DNA of 64,000 nt from NCBI GenBank assembly GCA_015680685.1, contig MNCI01000668.1:506231-570230 (forward strand). Reading direction: 5' to 3'. Positions 24,560-36,010 of this stretch are shown piece after piece. Position 1 is the first letter of the stretch; every line of letters begins with the position of its first letter. The stretch is from Gnetum montanum (taxonomy: Eukaryota; Plantae; Gnetophyta). The position numbers and the translations under genes were made by a program. The notes under the pieces were generated by a model. The model saw nothing but the letters and a program-made list of their open reading frames with translations. It was not told the origin of the DNA and did no database searches.

Positions 24560-26216
24560 TCTTAACCACTAACTTCAGTATCATCATCAAAATCAATGCA
24601 CCACAAGTAGGCCTATAAGTCTCTTCCTCATCATCATCACTACTAGTACTGGATCAAGAGATTTACAAAACATAGTCATTGTCATCAAACACAACTGTAA
24701 TTGGTCCTCATTTAGGATGAAGATTTAGCCAAAACTAAGAGGATGGAGAAGGATTATCATGAGATGGAACCTACCTAGAAGATGATGGAGTAGCTTTGTG
24801 CTGATAAGTTTTGGAAATAGCATGTTTCCACTATGCCACTACAACAAAAACTCTATCCATGGCCTACTGCTCAAAGGACTATCATACATCATCACTACTA
24901 AAATGTTTGGAGAGTCTTTCAAAAGACTTCCCTTGCACAAATGCATCTAGTACTAGCTGCTTGGTGTGAGGAATGGACTCCCCTTGGATATGTTCTAGTG
25001 CTCTTGCTAGTTCTTCTAAATCTTATTTATTTTCCAAATCATATGCTTAAGATGGCCTCATTATTGTAGAATGTCTAGCAGGTTTTGGCTCTCCTTCACT
25101 GTCTATCCAATGTGGAGTCATAATTTCCTCAAACTCAAGATCACTTGAACAAGGATAATGACCTACTAAATATATTCTTTGGCAAAGATAAAAAAGAATT
25201 TTCCCAATATTTCCCATTTTCTTGGCTATGGAGTGTAAGACCTTCTTTAAGGAAGATCCTACCCAAGTACTAATAAACCTAGATAGCCTAAGTTGAGCTA
25301 TTATCATTGGTGGAAAATATGCTTACCTCCTACATCCCTAGGATGATGAAGGAGATATGGATTCTACATGAGTTATACTCCTAGTCTCAAAGGATTCAAC
25401 AAGACTCCTCTTCCCTTTTAGAATGGAAAGATCTAGAATGGGAACACTTCTTAGTGTATAAGTAGACTGATAAGAAGGGGGTGTTCATAGATGCCCTCTC
25501 AAGTAAACATGCGCAACATGTCCCTATAAATAATATGTTCCAAATCTAATGGTTTTCCTATTAGCAACCAATATAACACAAAAACGCCTATGATGGAAGC
25601 AGGTAATTGTAACTTCTTCCTTTAACAATGATATTAAACATTACAATAATGAAAATAGTGGAGGCATCTTGAGGTATCTGATTTCTATATATTTTACCAC
25701 CTCTGAGAGAAACTAATCTATCATAAATTGCATCTCAAAATTCATCATGTGTGATAGGAATGATACCATTAGTAAAAATATCCTCCATAGAGTGAATAAC
25801 AACCCTGTGAGTATCAACACTAGAAACCCACCCCAAGCAAGGCATTGATAACTTGAGGGGATATTTCAACAATAACTCCCCCAACTATGAAAGTAAAAGC
25901 CCCAAAAGAAGCATTTGTAACAACAATATTACTAAAAACTTCATGCACCTACACTTCAGGAATACACATAGTCATGGAAATAATTATTTTCCATTCTATA
26001 ACCTCAAAATATGATAAAAATACTTATTAACAATGTTGATGGAAGTTTAGATTGCATTAAAATATAATAGACATAGTGATTATTCTCAAACCTATTCTAA
26101 GCATCTTTGGAGAAGAAATGGGGTTGATAAGAGTTGGATTTAATTGTAGATGCTCCTCTAGTTCCCTTAGACTTACATGGAGTTAGGCTTGATGTTCCTA
26201 TCTTCTTATTAGCCAT
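24560..26216 (-). pseudogene. SIRE env-like/Transposase_32-type accessory ORF
   Basis: Homologous to 13963-15530; for example DSEGEPKPARHSTIMRPS matches DSDEDIPTPAKHSTNVGPS-like sequence at about 15085-15145. Confidence 0.75.
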
Positions 26217-26999
26217 GGAAACCAAGCTAAAAGGAGTGGAGCTATAGTGGAGAAGAAGCCCTAGATGACTTAGGTAGGATGACTTAGCTTGGAAAGTAAT
26301 GGAAAGAGAAAAAATAATTAATTGATTTATATAGGACGTCCATGGTAGGGTTTGTGGCATGCATGAGACATCTCAAAGGAAAGTGAGAAGTCTTGATCAA
26401 GTTGGATTCAAGATCAGTGAGATGTCTTGGCCTTGGTTAGGATGCCTCAATTAAGACATCTTGACTGAGACATCTCTCAAAATAGTAAGACATCTTAACT
26501 ATATGAATGTTCTTCTCAAGGCATATAAGACATAGAGAATGGAGATTGAAGCATGCTATGAAGGATGATTATAACTAATACAATCAAGAGTAAGAGACAT
26601 ACCTTACTTATACTTTATTTAAGTTGTAAATGAAAAGCATACTACAAGTAATGCAAGTCAAGGAGTCATACTCACCAATACTTACCATGCTTGCTCTAGG
26701 GATTTGATTGCTCAAGAAAGTTTATAATAAGGTTTTCCATTATATAGTTTGTCCATTACTATTATCAGATGTCTCTTAATCCCAGGATGCTTATTTCTTC
26801 CCTTTTTCTCATTAATGGTAGTGGATCTATGATCGTGTTCTATATCTTCATTACTAAAGGGAGAAGAAATATGTTCCATCATTTCTTTCTCATGCTTCTC
26901 AAAACTCTAAAACTATTTATCTTGCAAGGCATTCTTTCTATTCGTTCTTTGATAAGGAAAAGTGGTTAAATTATAGTATCTTAAACAATATGATTGTAT

Positions 27000-28463
27000 A
27001 TGTTCAAATTTTCCATTGTAATGACAATTTTTTCTTGTTCATACTAATTGTTCAAACCTGGGTATGTACCGCCATTTAGGTGACATACTTGTACATGTGT
27101 CATCATGAGAATCCTTTTCCTATCTCTTTTGATGTGCAAAACTTGAGGAATCTCTAGATCTTCAATAATCTTATTACCACTAGGTCTGATACCTTATAGA
27201 TCTTTATTTATCTACTCATAAGATTGAGTTAACTTTTGAACCTCAACCTTTATGTTTGAGTTTTTTTCTTTTTAGAGAAGAGCATATAGTATAGAGCTTA
27301 GTTATTTGAACTTCCTTGCTATGTAAATTTTTTTTCATTTTTATGGATAAATTTTAAAAATAAATAATTTCTTCACGTAGCATACTATATCTTTCCTCAA
27401 TATTACCTTTAGGTTCTTCAAAATCCTCTGTGGAATTTTCACTTGTAAGAGCCATGTAAATAAGATTAGAGTTTGTTGATGGATCATTAGTTTCTTCTTC
27501 ACTCCTAGCTAGTGTAGAGATCTTTGGTCTTCTTATCTTCTTGAGTTGATTTCTTCTTCAATAACCTATTAGCACAAGGACATTCAAAGGTCATATAGCC
27601 TCTTCCACCACATATCCAAAATTCTATAGAAGAAATACTAAGATCATAATTTCTAGGTGGCTTACCTTTTGTCTTACCTTTGTTGTCCAATTGATTGAAG
27701 CTTTTTCATTTTCTTACCTAAAGCATATTTACTCTTCTTGTTATGAGATCAAGTTCATCATCACTGTTTGCATCATTATCAAATATCTCCTTTTCTCTTG
27801 AAGAACTCTTAAGAGTAATGGATTTCTCCTTAATAGCATCTCCACTAATGAGATTAATATCATATGCTACAAGTGTACTTTGCAACTCTTCAAATTTGAA
27901 AATGGAGAAATCCCTAATTTCCTCCGTATTAGTGATTTTGGATCTAAATTTAGGAAGTACCATTTTAATCATTTTAATGATGACTTCATCCTTTAATAAC
28001 TCTTTCCCTATACCTATAATGGCTACTACAATATCATTGGCCCTAGAGAAATAATCTTTAATCCATTCACCTTCTTTCATTTTCAATTTATCATATTTAG
28101 ATTGAAAGACTAGAAGCTTGGATTGTTTCACCACTAAGATTCCCTCATAAGTGGCTTCTAAAACTTTCCAAATTTCTTTGGCAATTTTAGATCCAATGAT
28201 TTTATTAAATTCAAGTTTGCTAAGAGCACAATAGAGGTAGTTCCTAGAGTTTGAATCATACATAAACTTATTTTTGTCATTGTCATACCACTTATCTCTA
28301 CAAAGTGCATTGCCTGTAGTGTCATTGATGGGATGAGTATATCCTTCCATGATGGACCACACTTCAAATTCCATGGATTCAAAAAATCCTTACATTTGTG
28401 CTTTCTATTATTCAAAGTCGATTCCATCAAACATTGGTGGCTTGTTGTAAGATGTCCCCTTCA
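27000..28463 (-). pseudogene. gag: Copia/SIRE gag (UBN2-type capsid, zinc knuckles, coiled coil)
   Basis: ORF 27718-28374 reads NYLYCALSKLEFNKI...AKEIWKVLEATYEG...LKMKEGE.I. The N-terminal KPPMFDG lies upstream in another frame. Knuckle remnants at about 27600 and 27020. Confidence 0.9.
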
Positions 28464-31199
28464 TAGTTCACTCCTAAGTTGTTACACTCACCTGGGAGTA
28501 TCAGGCTCTAATACCACTTGAAGATCAAGAACTTAGAAGGGGATTAAACAAGTTCCACCAAATTAGATCCAATTTTTTTCACAATAGATATATGTGGTTC
28601 TACAACTTGGATATGTCCACACTCAAAGGTTAGAATCCTTACACATCTTTAGACTTTATTTCTTAAAAAATATGATTTTAAGTACACCACAACCTTTACA
28701 AAGTATTGAGCTCTAATAGGGGTCTTTTTTATCAGAAACACACCCAACCCCTCAAGGTCTCACCAAGCTCAAGGATGCCTTCCCTCAACAATCATATCCA
28801 ACCCCTCAAGGCTTACAAAGAGAGAAAAGAAAGATCAAGAAAGAAAATGAACTAAGCTTTAGATTCCTTGTTTTTGGCTCTATAATAAATCAATAAAAAA
28901 CTCAAAAAATGATAGATAATTGAGGTACAAATTATATACAATGATAACTTAATCACATGAATAGTGCTTGCTTTTCCCAAAAAAGTGTTATCTTATTTTA
29001 TGGCCTTGTTAATATCATATATCTATTGGAGTTCATACAATGGCTAGAAATAACTAGTTGAGACATCTTACACAAGCTTGAGATGTCTTACTAGGTTTTC
29101 CCATCTTGCATGTGAGATGTCTCATCTAACCTAAGATGCTTGGATGGAGATGTCTAGACTAGAATTGGAATGTCTCAAGTTAGACATCTTGCTTGAGATG
29201 TCTTAACTCCACTTGAGATTGTTGTTTTCTTGGAACATCTTATCTGAGATTAGAGCTTCTTAGCAAAGACATCTTGCTGTAGAATGAGACATCTTGATAG
29301 ACTCAAGAACTCTTCTTTGGAATTCTAGACATCTTACATCCTTATGATTTCTTCCAAATCCTTGCATTCCTTATTGAACTTTATCATTCCAATTTATCAA
29401 ATCATGCTCTTGTCACAGTCTAATTATACTCCTTTCTTACTCATGTAATACCTTATAAACATACTTATAAATCTTCCATTTTCCAAGGATTTGACATACC
29501 AAAAGATCAACAAAAAAGGATAAATGAAAATTTAAAGAAATTGAAAATAAACAAAGATTTTTCTCTTCATAATGATGAATGGTAAAACAAAAACTCATGT
29601 AGCTAATCTCATTTTGTTGGGACAAGGCTACAATGATGATGATGAATAAACATTCTTGAGGTACCACTAGAAACACATGTTACCAATGCTTAAAAGTAAA
29701 ATACATCCAAGAATATCATGGTCTCTTGAACTAGTTTCATCATGTGACTAGAAAGACATTTTACCTATGCTTAGAGGCATCCCTCCAATCAATGAACAAA
29801 ATGTTCAAATAAAGATTAATACATCATAATTAATTAATTGTAATTTTTTCATGTTGAGAAATGATATCATTATATGATTGTGATTGATCTCATGGTAGTT
29901 AGCCTAGGATGGTGCAATGTAGTGTTACTGGTAAGTGGTATGGACTTAGTTTACAACCTAGATAAAAAGGTATAATGATTTTTTAAACCATGCCCAAAAC
30001 ATAAGATTCATTATGACTCTGGTAATACACATCATGCCTCATTTTCTCTGATTTACCATCTCACCTCATTGGTACATATAGTTATAACTTTAATAATTAT
30101 TCCATAGTATAGTATTAACTTCTTATAAGGACAAATTCAACATGTGGGTATTGAAAGAAAAATATGACTTACATTCAATTTTTTAGGTTTCCACAAAACC
30201 CTACAGGAGTGGTTATACAAGGGCATTAAGGGAAAGAGCATTCATTAGAGAGGACCCACTTATATAACTCTTGTATGATATTCAACAACCAATTCCACAT
30301 CATCTTTCTTATTCTAAATCATTTTTCAACTTCTCATATCATTCCTATAGCTCTCAACAATTAATAACCTTCACCATTTCAATTAGAACTAGTTACCTAC
30401 CTTACATACATGTCCTTATCTTATTTTTCATCATTTTACATTATTTTGGAATGATAAAACTATCTACAAGCATCATTCTTTGACCAAATTACTCTTAGAC
30501 AACATTAGAATGCTTTGAATACTAGAATTCATCATTTTTTTCCTAAAAATTAACCAAAAATTGAAACTTTTCAAGGGCAATATCGTAGCTATGATATCAC
30601 ATCACCTATAATATCACAATTATGATATCATAGATATGATATATCCTATATATATATATATATATATGACCATTAAGAAATTTTTATCATTTTCTTCCAA
30701 ATGCATGAGAAGTTCATATTATTTTCATTCTAGAGAAAATTTTACAAACCATTTCTTTTCAACTATGAACCTAATACTACAAATAACATTGAAGGGTACT
30801 AATTTTATGTCAATTCTCTAAGTCTTATATTATTTTTGGGACAAATGTGTTGATTTGATTAATGTCATTAAAATTAAAACTTATGTCTCCTAGGAAGATA
30901 CGTATTTTAAAGAATGTTGTGTATTTTTAAGTTGCATGACTTCTAATGAGGCAAAATGCCTTTTCTACAAGTTAAAAATCTTTTATAACTCTAAAATTTC
31001 AATGATGATCAAATTTTTTCTATCTTTTTCTAATTTCTCCCAAACTTAAATTAGGACTTTTTTACAAATTAATGAATTTTATTAACTTTGCAATCATGAT
31101 TCCAAGTAGAATTGATTATTAATTAATTTTTTTTATTAAACCCAAAATCCATGAAAGGGTTATGAGTATGTAAAAAGATCTTCAAATTTTTAAAAAATT

Positions 31200-34010
31200 A
31201 ATACAATCCTTGATAGGATTGTAGATGACTCCAAAAAAATCTCCATAGCCATAGAGCCATCACAAGCAAGAGAAAAGAGAATAAGAGGATAGAGAGACAA
31301 AGGTAGAGAAGGAAAATAGAGATAAGTAGAGGATCAAGAAGAAAAATCCTCCACAATTCAATATTCAACACCACAAATAGCTTGATCTACACAAGCAAAA
31401 TCTATAGAACCTCTACCACCTCCTAAACCTAGATGATAACTCATCCTCTTGGAGGACTGTTAAATTCATTAGCAATAAAATCAATGATTTCCAGCATCAT
31501 TGTGGAGCTAACTTTTAAGTAATTTTTAAAATATTCCCTAGTTTAAGGAATAGATTAAAGTATCACCATTTTGGCCAATACTTTAAAAAAATGGTAACTG
31601 GTACCTTGGAGAAACTAATCAATTCTAGCATAATAAGCAAGATGATTTCATAGTAAAAAAATGAAGGAATCATGTGCCTTATTCAATAGCAACTATTTCT
31701 AGAGCATTAAACTTGTTGAATGTTGAAGCCACAATAACTCAAATTTCTACCAAATTAGACACAATATAAGAAATATTTAGATGGAAAGGGCTTATGGAAG
31801 TAAAAATAAAGAATATAATGAAATGTCCACTACAAAAAAAAACTTAATTTAAAATTAGCATTTTTAACATATTTCCTACCAAAATAATAAATAGGATATC
31901 CACCTATGCTACTAGAGGAAGTGTCATTTTGATGAAAAAAATTTCAAGAAAACATGACTTGCTTTATTTAGAAATTCAAAGAAGATTTGAAGAGAAGAAT
32001 CTAGGGAAGCTAATACTCCCACTTTCTTATTTGATCAGGAATCTATATAGATAAGTTAGTATTTTGGAGCATACCCATGATACAATAAGAAAGGTCCCAA
32101 ATGTAACACATTAAAATTTCCAAGCTAGTATCATCAAAGAATGACTAAGTTGAACAACCACCAAGCATAATAGCAATAGTATCAATATCAATAGGAAATG
32201 TACTAGCCATAAAAATAGAATAAGTTGGACCTAGTATTTCAGTACCAATAGTAGAGCAAAGGTATTACACACATACCATGATTCATTTGCAACAAATAGC
32301 TAAAATTATAAGCTAGGGAATCCAAAAAGTATCAAGCATGTTTAAAGTTAAAGAGAACCCAAACAAGCCTACATTATTAATGGGTCTATATAGTGGAGAA
32401 GTATCTTTATAATTAATAGGTGAATATTAGGCATAATAAATTTTTAGTGATGCTACATCATTTTAGATAACACTTGAATCATGAAAAGGAGCCACTATGT
32501 TGGTCATGTAGCATAAAGCTGAATAGGGGGTAACTAAACGTATCTTAGATCATATAAAAAAAGCTTTTAATATTCCTAATGTATCATCCACCAATTTTAC
32601 AAGACTCACAGATGTCCAAGTAGGAGCTAGAACATCTAGAAAGCATAAAGAAAAAGAAAAAGAGGTCAAGACTATAAAAGAGCATGAAGATAACTTGATA
32701 GACTAATAAAAATAGGCTAAATCATTTAGGATCTCTTTGACATTCTAGCTAAAATAACTATATTATAGTCCAAATTGATTTCCAACAAAGGAAAACAAGT
32801 AATATAAGAGACAAGGTTATAGCACATTCAGTTAAAGATCGAAAAGTTATAAGATGAATTGGCTTAAATTAGGATTAAAAGATGAGATACAGTAAACTAT
32901 GTGGCACCAAAACGTGTAGAAACATTTAATACTAAGCAAGTAAAGTAGTTTATGGTTAGATAACATCAATTGAAAATGGAAAAAGAGAAAGCAACATGCG
33001 ATGCATTTTTTTGTAGATGCTAAGACATATGCTAATGCTGAAGCAATTGCTACCTTCAAAGAAGAAAATAAGAAGCTTGCTAGAAAAAGTAGGAGGTTAA
33101 TAAATGTTAAAAAAGAGAAGAACTTGTTAGAATATAGCCTGAAATAGCTTGAAGAATATGTCATTAGAATCAACCTAGAGATGAAACAATTAGCTAGAGA
33201 AAATAGAACCTTAACAATGAAAGAAGTCTCCACCATCCAAAAAAAGTCAACAATTGAAACCAATGCATGGCACAATGAGTCAAGAAGCATGGAAAATTAA
33301 AGGATCATTTCAAAGACCAAGTGGCCATGCAAAAGTAAATTAATGAAAAGGAGATCCAAATGGTATAGGCAAAGATCAACAATGTCATACATCAACTATC
33401 AAATTGGCAACCCATTCTAGATAGTCCCACCTTAGTTCATCAAGCAGACCTTAATGTTAAGGATCTACATATTGAACATTTGATAGAGTACATTGAGTTG
33501 GTAAATCTGCAATATGCCAACTTATCCATGTTAAAAATAAAAAGATCTAAGACTTAATTGAAGTAGCAACTACCTACAATGTATTCAATGTACAAAAAAA
33601 GTTCAAAGTTAAGAAGGATGCACAACAAAAACTACATATTACCAGATCAAAACTCCAAGTCATCATCAAAGCTAGTTATCATGATCAAAAAGATGTTGCA
33701 ACAAACTTGGCTAGAAGGATGAGTGACTATCAAGATTTCTAGAAATTATGCAAGGATTTTTAGATTAAATTAAATCAATTTTTAGTATGACATATCAAGG
33801 TTAATGAATTATTTTCATGCTTTTCATGTCCTTGGGAAGTGCCTAATACCAAGAATATTCAAAAATTAGCATGGATAATCAATGATCTTAGGATAGAAGA
33901 AGAGAAACTAAGAGCATTACTAAATCATTTTTGCATGAGGAAACTAAGGACCTTAAAAGAAACCTCAAGAACCACTAATGCAATAGGAGCCATCACCACC
34001 AAGAACTAAA
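31200..34010 (+). pseudogene. Athila B accessory ORF2 (Transposase_32-like domain + long coiled coil)
   Basis: Homologous to 54440-57170. LP(F)xYLI..L motif at about 32010-32050. Coiled coil AKTYANAEAIATFKEENKKLA at about 33020-33780. Confidence 0.65.
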
Positions 34011-36010
34011 TGAAAACCCACAGTAGCAATTTTGAAGATTTCATTATACATAGTTTATCTTTTAACTCATGATTTTTATCAATATTATTCATCATGCTTT
34101 GCATTATATTTTCTTAACTCACTCAAATTTAGATGCAACACTTAGAGTGAGTTAGTATTCATTGTTTATATGTAGTATGTTGTTGTCTATTGATCCCATA
34201 ATTTTCTAACAAATTTATCCTCTTTTTACTTTAACTTGAGGATGAGTTTCTAGTTATTTGTGAAGGCATGATAAATTGTTGTTTGTGCACTCACTATGAT
34301 ATCAATAGCTACGATGTCATCGAGACAACATCATAGCTCATTTTACAATGTCATAGATATAATGCAGTGGGATGAGGTCATGCTTATAAATATGAGCCCA
34401 CCATTATGTCAAATCCATATTCTAATTAGTTTAGTAGCAAAACTATTGTACTTTTATTTCTTGAAGTTGATGTTAGTTGTAAGTACAGGGACAATCATTT
34501 TAAGTGATCATAAGATGCTTGTTTCTCAAGTCTAAGACATGGCTTTGAGCATGGGTACTATGGTTCCATGTGATGATCTAGTATTAGTTATGAGTGTTAA
34601 CAATATGATGATAAATAATTTAACAACATCTTTATTTGAATGTATTATACCTACACATACTTCATGTTTGGTAATAAAGATCAAGATTGTTCTTCACCAT
34701 TACAACATTTCACATTAGCTAGATTTACTTTCCACTTACATTTACTTTTCCACTATCATTTACATTTTCAATGTTTGTTAGTTATTTGGTGTAATAAGTA
34801 TGACTAGTTTTAAGTATAATGTATAATCTTCTAGTAATCTAGTAGTAGCTTTTCTTAGTTTGCCTAGTAGAAAGCTGCTTGGTAATCCCAGTGATGATTC
34901 TAACAACCTAGGACATGCACAAAACACCGAGAAAAAATACTTATCATCCTAGGCTAATTCAGTATTCTATTTTTATTATTCTCTAGTTAATAGAAATTAC
35001 ATTCATTTTACTATATTTTATCATAACATGTTAAAAGCTAATTAACATCATTCAATTATATGCCTTGCTAAGAGTTAAACCATAAATTATGATTTTCACT
35101 AATTGTGGTAAGAAAAATAATCACAAACTTACTAGTGTAGGGAAACCTCTTCTGATCCTCATGTTGTTCCCTATGTGTGTATTTTTGCAAGATTTCGAAC
35201 ACTCGAGAGATGTCTTGAAAGTACATAAGATGTCTTAGCTGAACCTAAAAGTAATTGGAATGGTTGGCTAATTAGACTATCATCTCAGATGAGACATCTC
35301 ACTAGAAGCTGAGACATCTCCATTGTAACTAAGACAACTTGGATAAAGATGGGATGTCTCAAAAAAATAGTAGATGTCTTAACCAAGAGCTAGCTTTCAT
35401 AGGAGACATCTTAGCAAGGTTAGAGACAATCCATACAAAAGGAGAAACTTCCAAAAAAACCCATCCCAATTTGAGAAATAGTTGGAACATAATGGAAAAG
35501 GATGAAAATAGCTGGGAAGAAGATGAGAAGACTTGGGAAACATCTTAAAAACCTCAAGTGAAGTTGAGAAAAGATTTTTAGGATTCCTATCTTTCAGTTT
35601 GACATAAATATTTATGTATTTATCAATATTGAGAGGATCATAAATGAGAGAAAATGCTCTTGAGAATGGAGAGTTGAGAAAAAGAGAGTGAGCACATTAG
35701 GTAAGTGCAATTGGTGGTTGTAGCTCCAAGATTAGCTTAGGTGTTTTGATCTATGTGTTCTATTCTCTTGTATCTCACTTGTAAGTTAAAGATCTTAGTC
35801 TTAGGTTATGAGAGAGATTTCAATTGGTTGTGTCTTACATTGAGAATAGCCATTGTATATTTGTAAGGCCTCATGCTCTATAATATCATTTAAGTATGAT
35901 AGGTTTGGGATGTGTGTGGGTCATGGGAACGTTGTTGTAATCCTATAATTACATTAATTAAAAATAGCTAGTTTTTGTATTTTCAGCAAATAATTTTATC
36001 TTTGCATAAT

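Larger units (their letters stand above)
23076..29512 (-). mobile_element. SIRE-like element with both LTRs, non-autonomous (gag + accessory ORF, no pol)
   Basis: LTRs at 28519-29512 and 23076-24089. TSD AAAAA (23071-23075, 29513-29517). Met PBS at 28504-28516 and PPT ATAGGGGGAGA at about 24091-24101. Confidence 0.92.
22860..29645 (+). mobile_element. RTE-clade LINE 3' fragment, split by the SIRE element
   Basis: 22860-23075 translates as NVTKRYKLHNKNIREILGVDSI...LTWFGHVQRRLDNEPIKK...KKT*E. It resumes at 29518 with ...W...HVAN...LGQG and a (GAT)n tail ending at about 29645. Flanking repeat ATAAACATTCTT at about 22834 and 29646. Confidence 0.85.
18690..35135 (+). mobile_element. Athila-like element B (protease to 3' LTR; 5' part missing)
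   Basis: Decayed PR-RT-RH-INT at 18690-22100, a long spacer, accessory ORF at about 31200-34010, and PPT region TTGAGGATGAG...GAAGGCA. The 3' LTR starts at about 34269 and is cut at 35135 by a CRM-like element. Confidence 0.85.
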
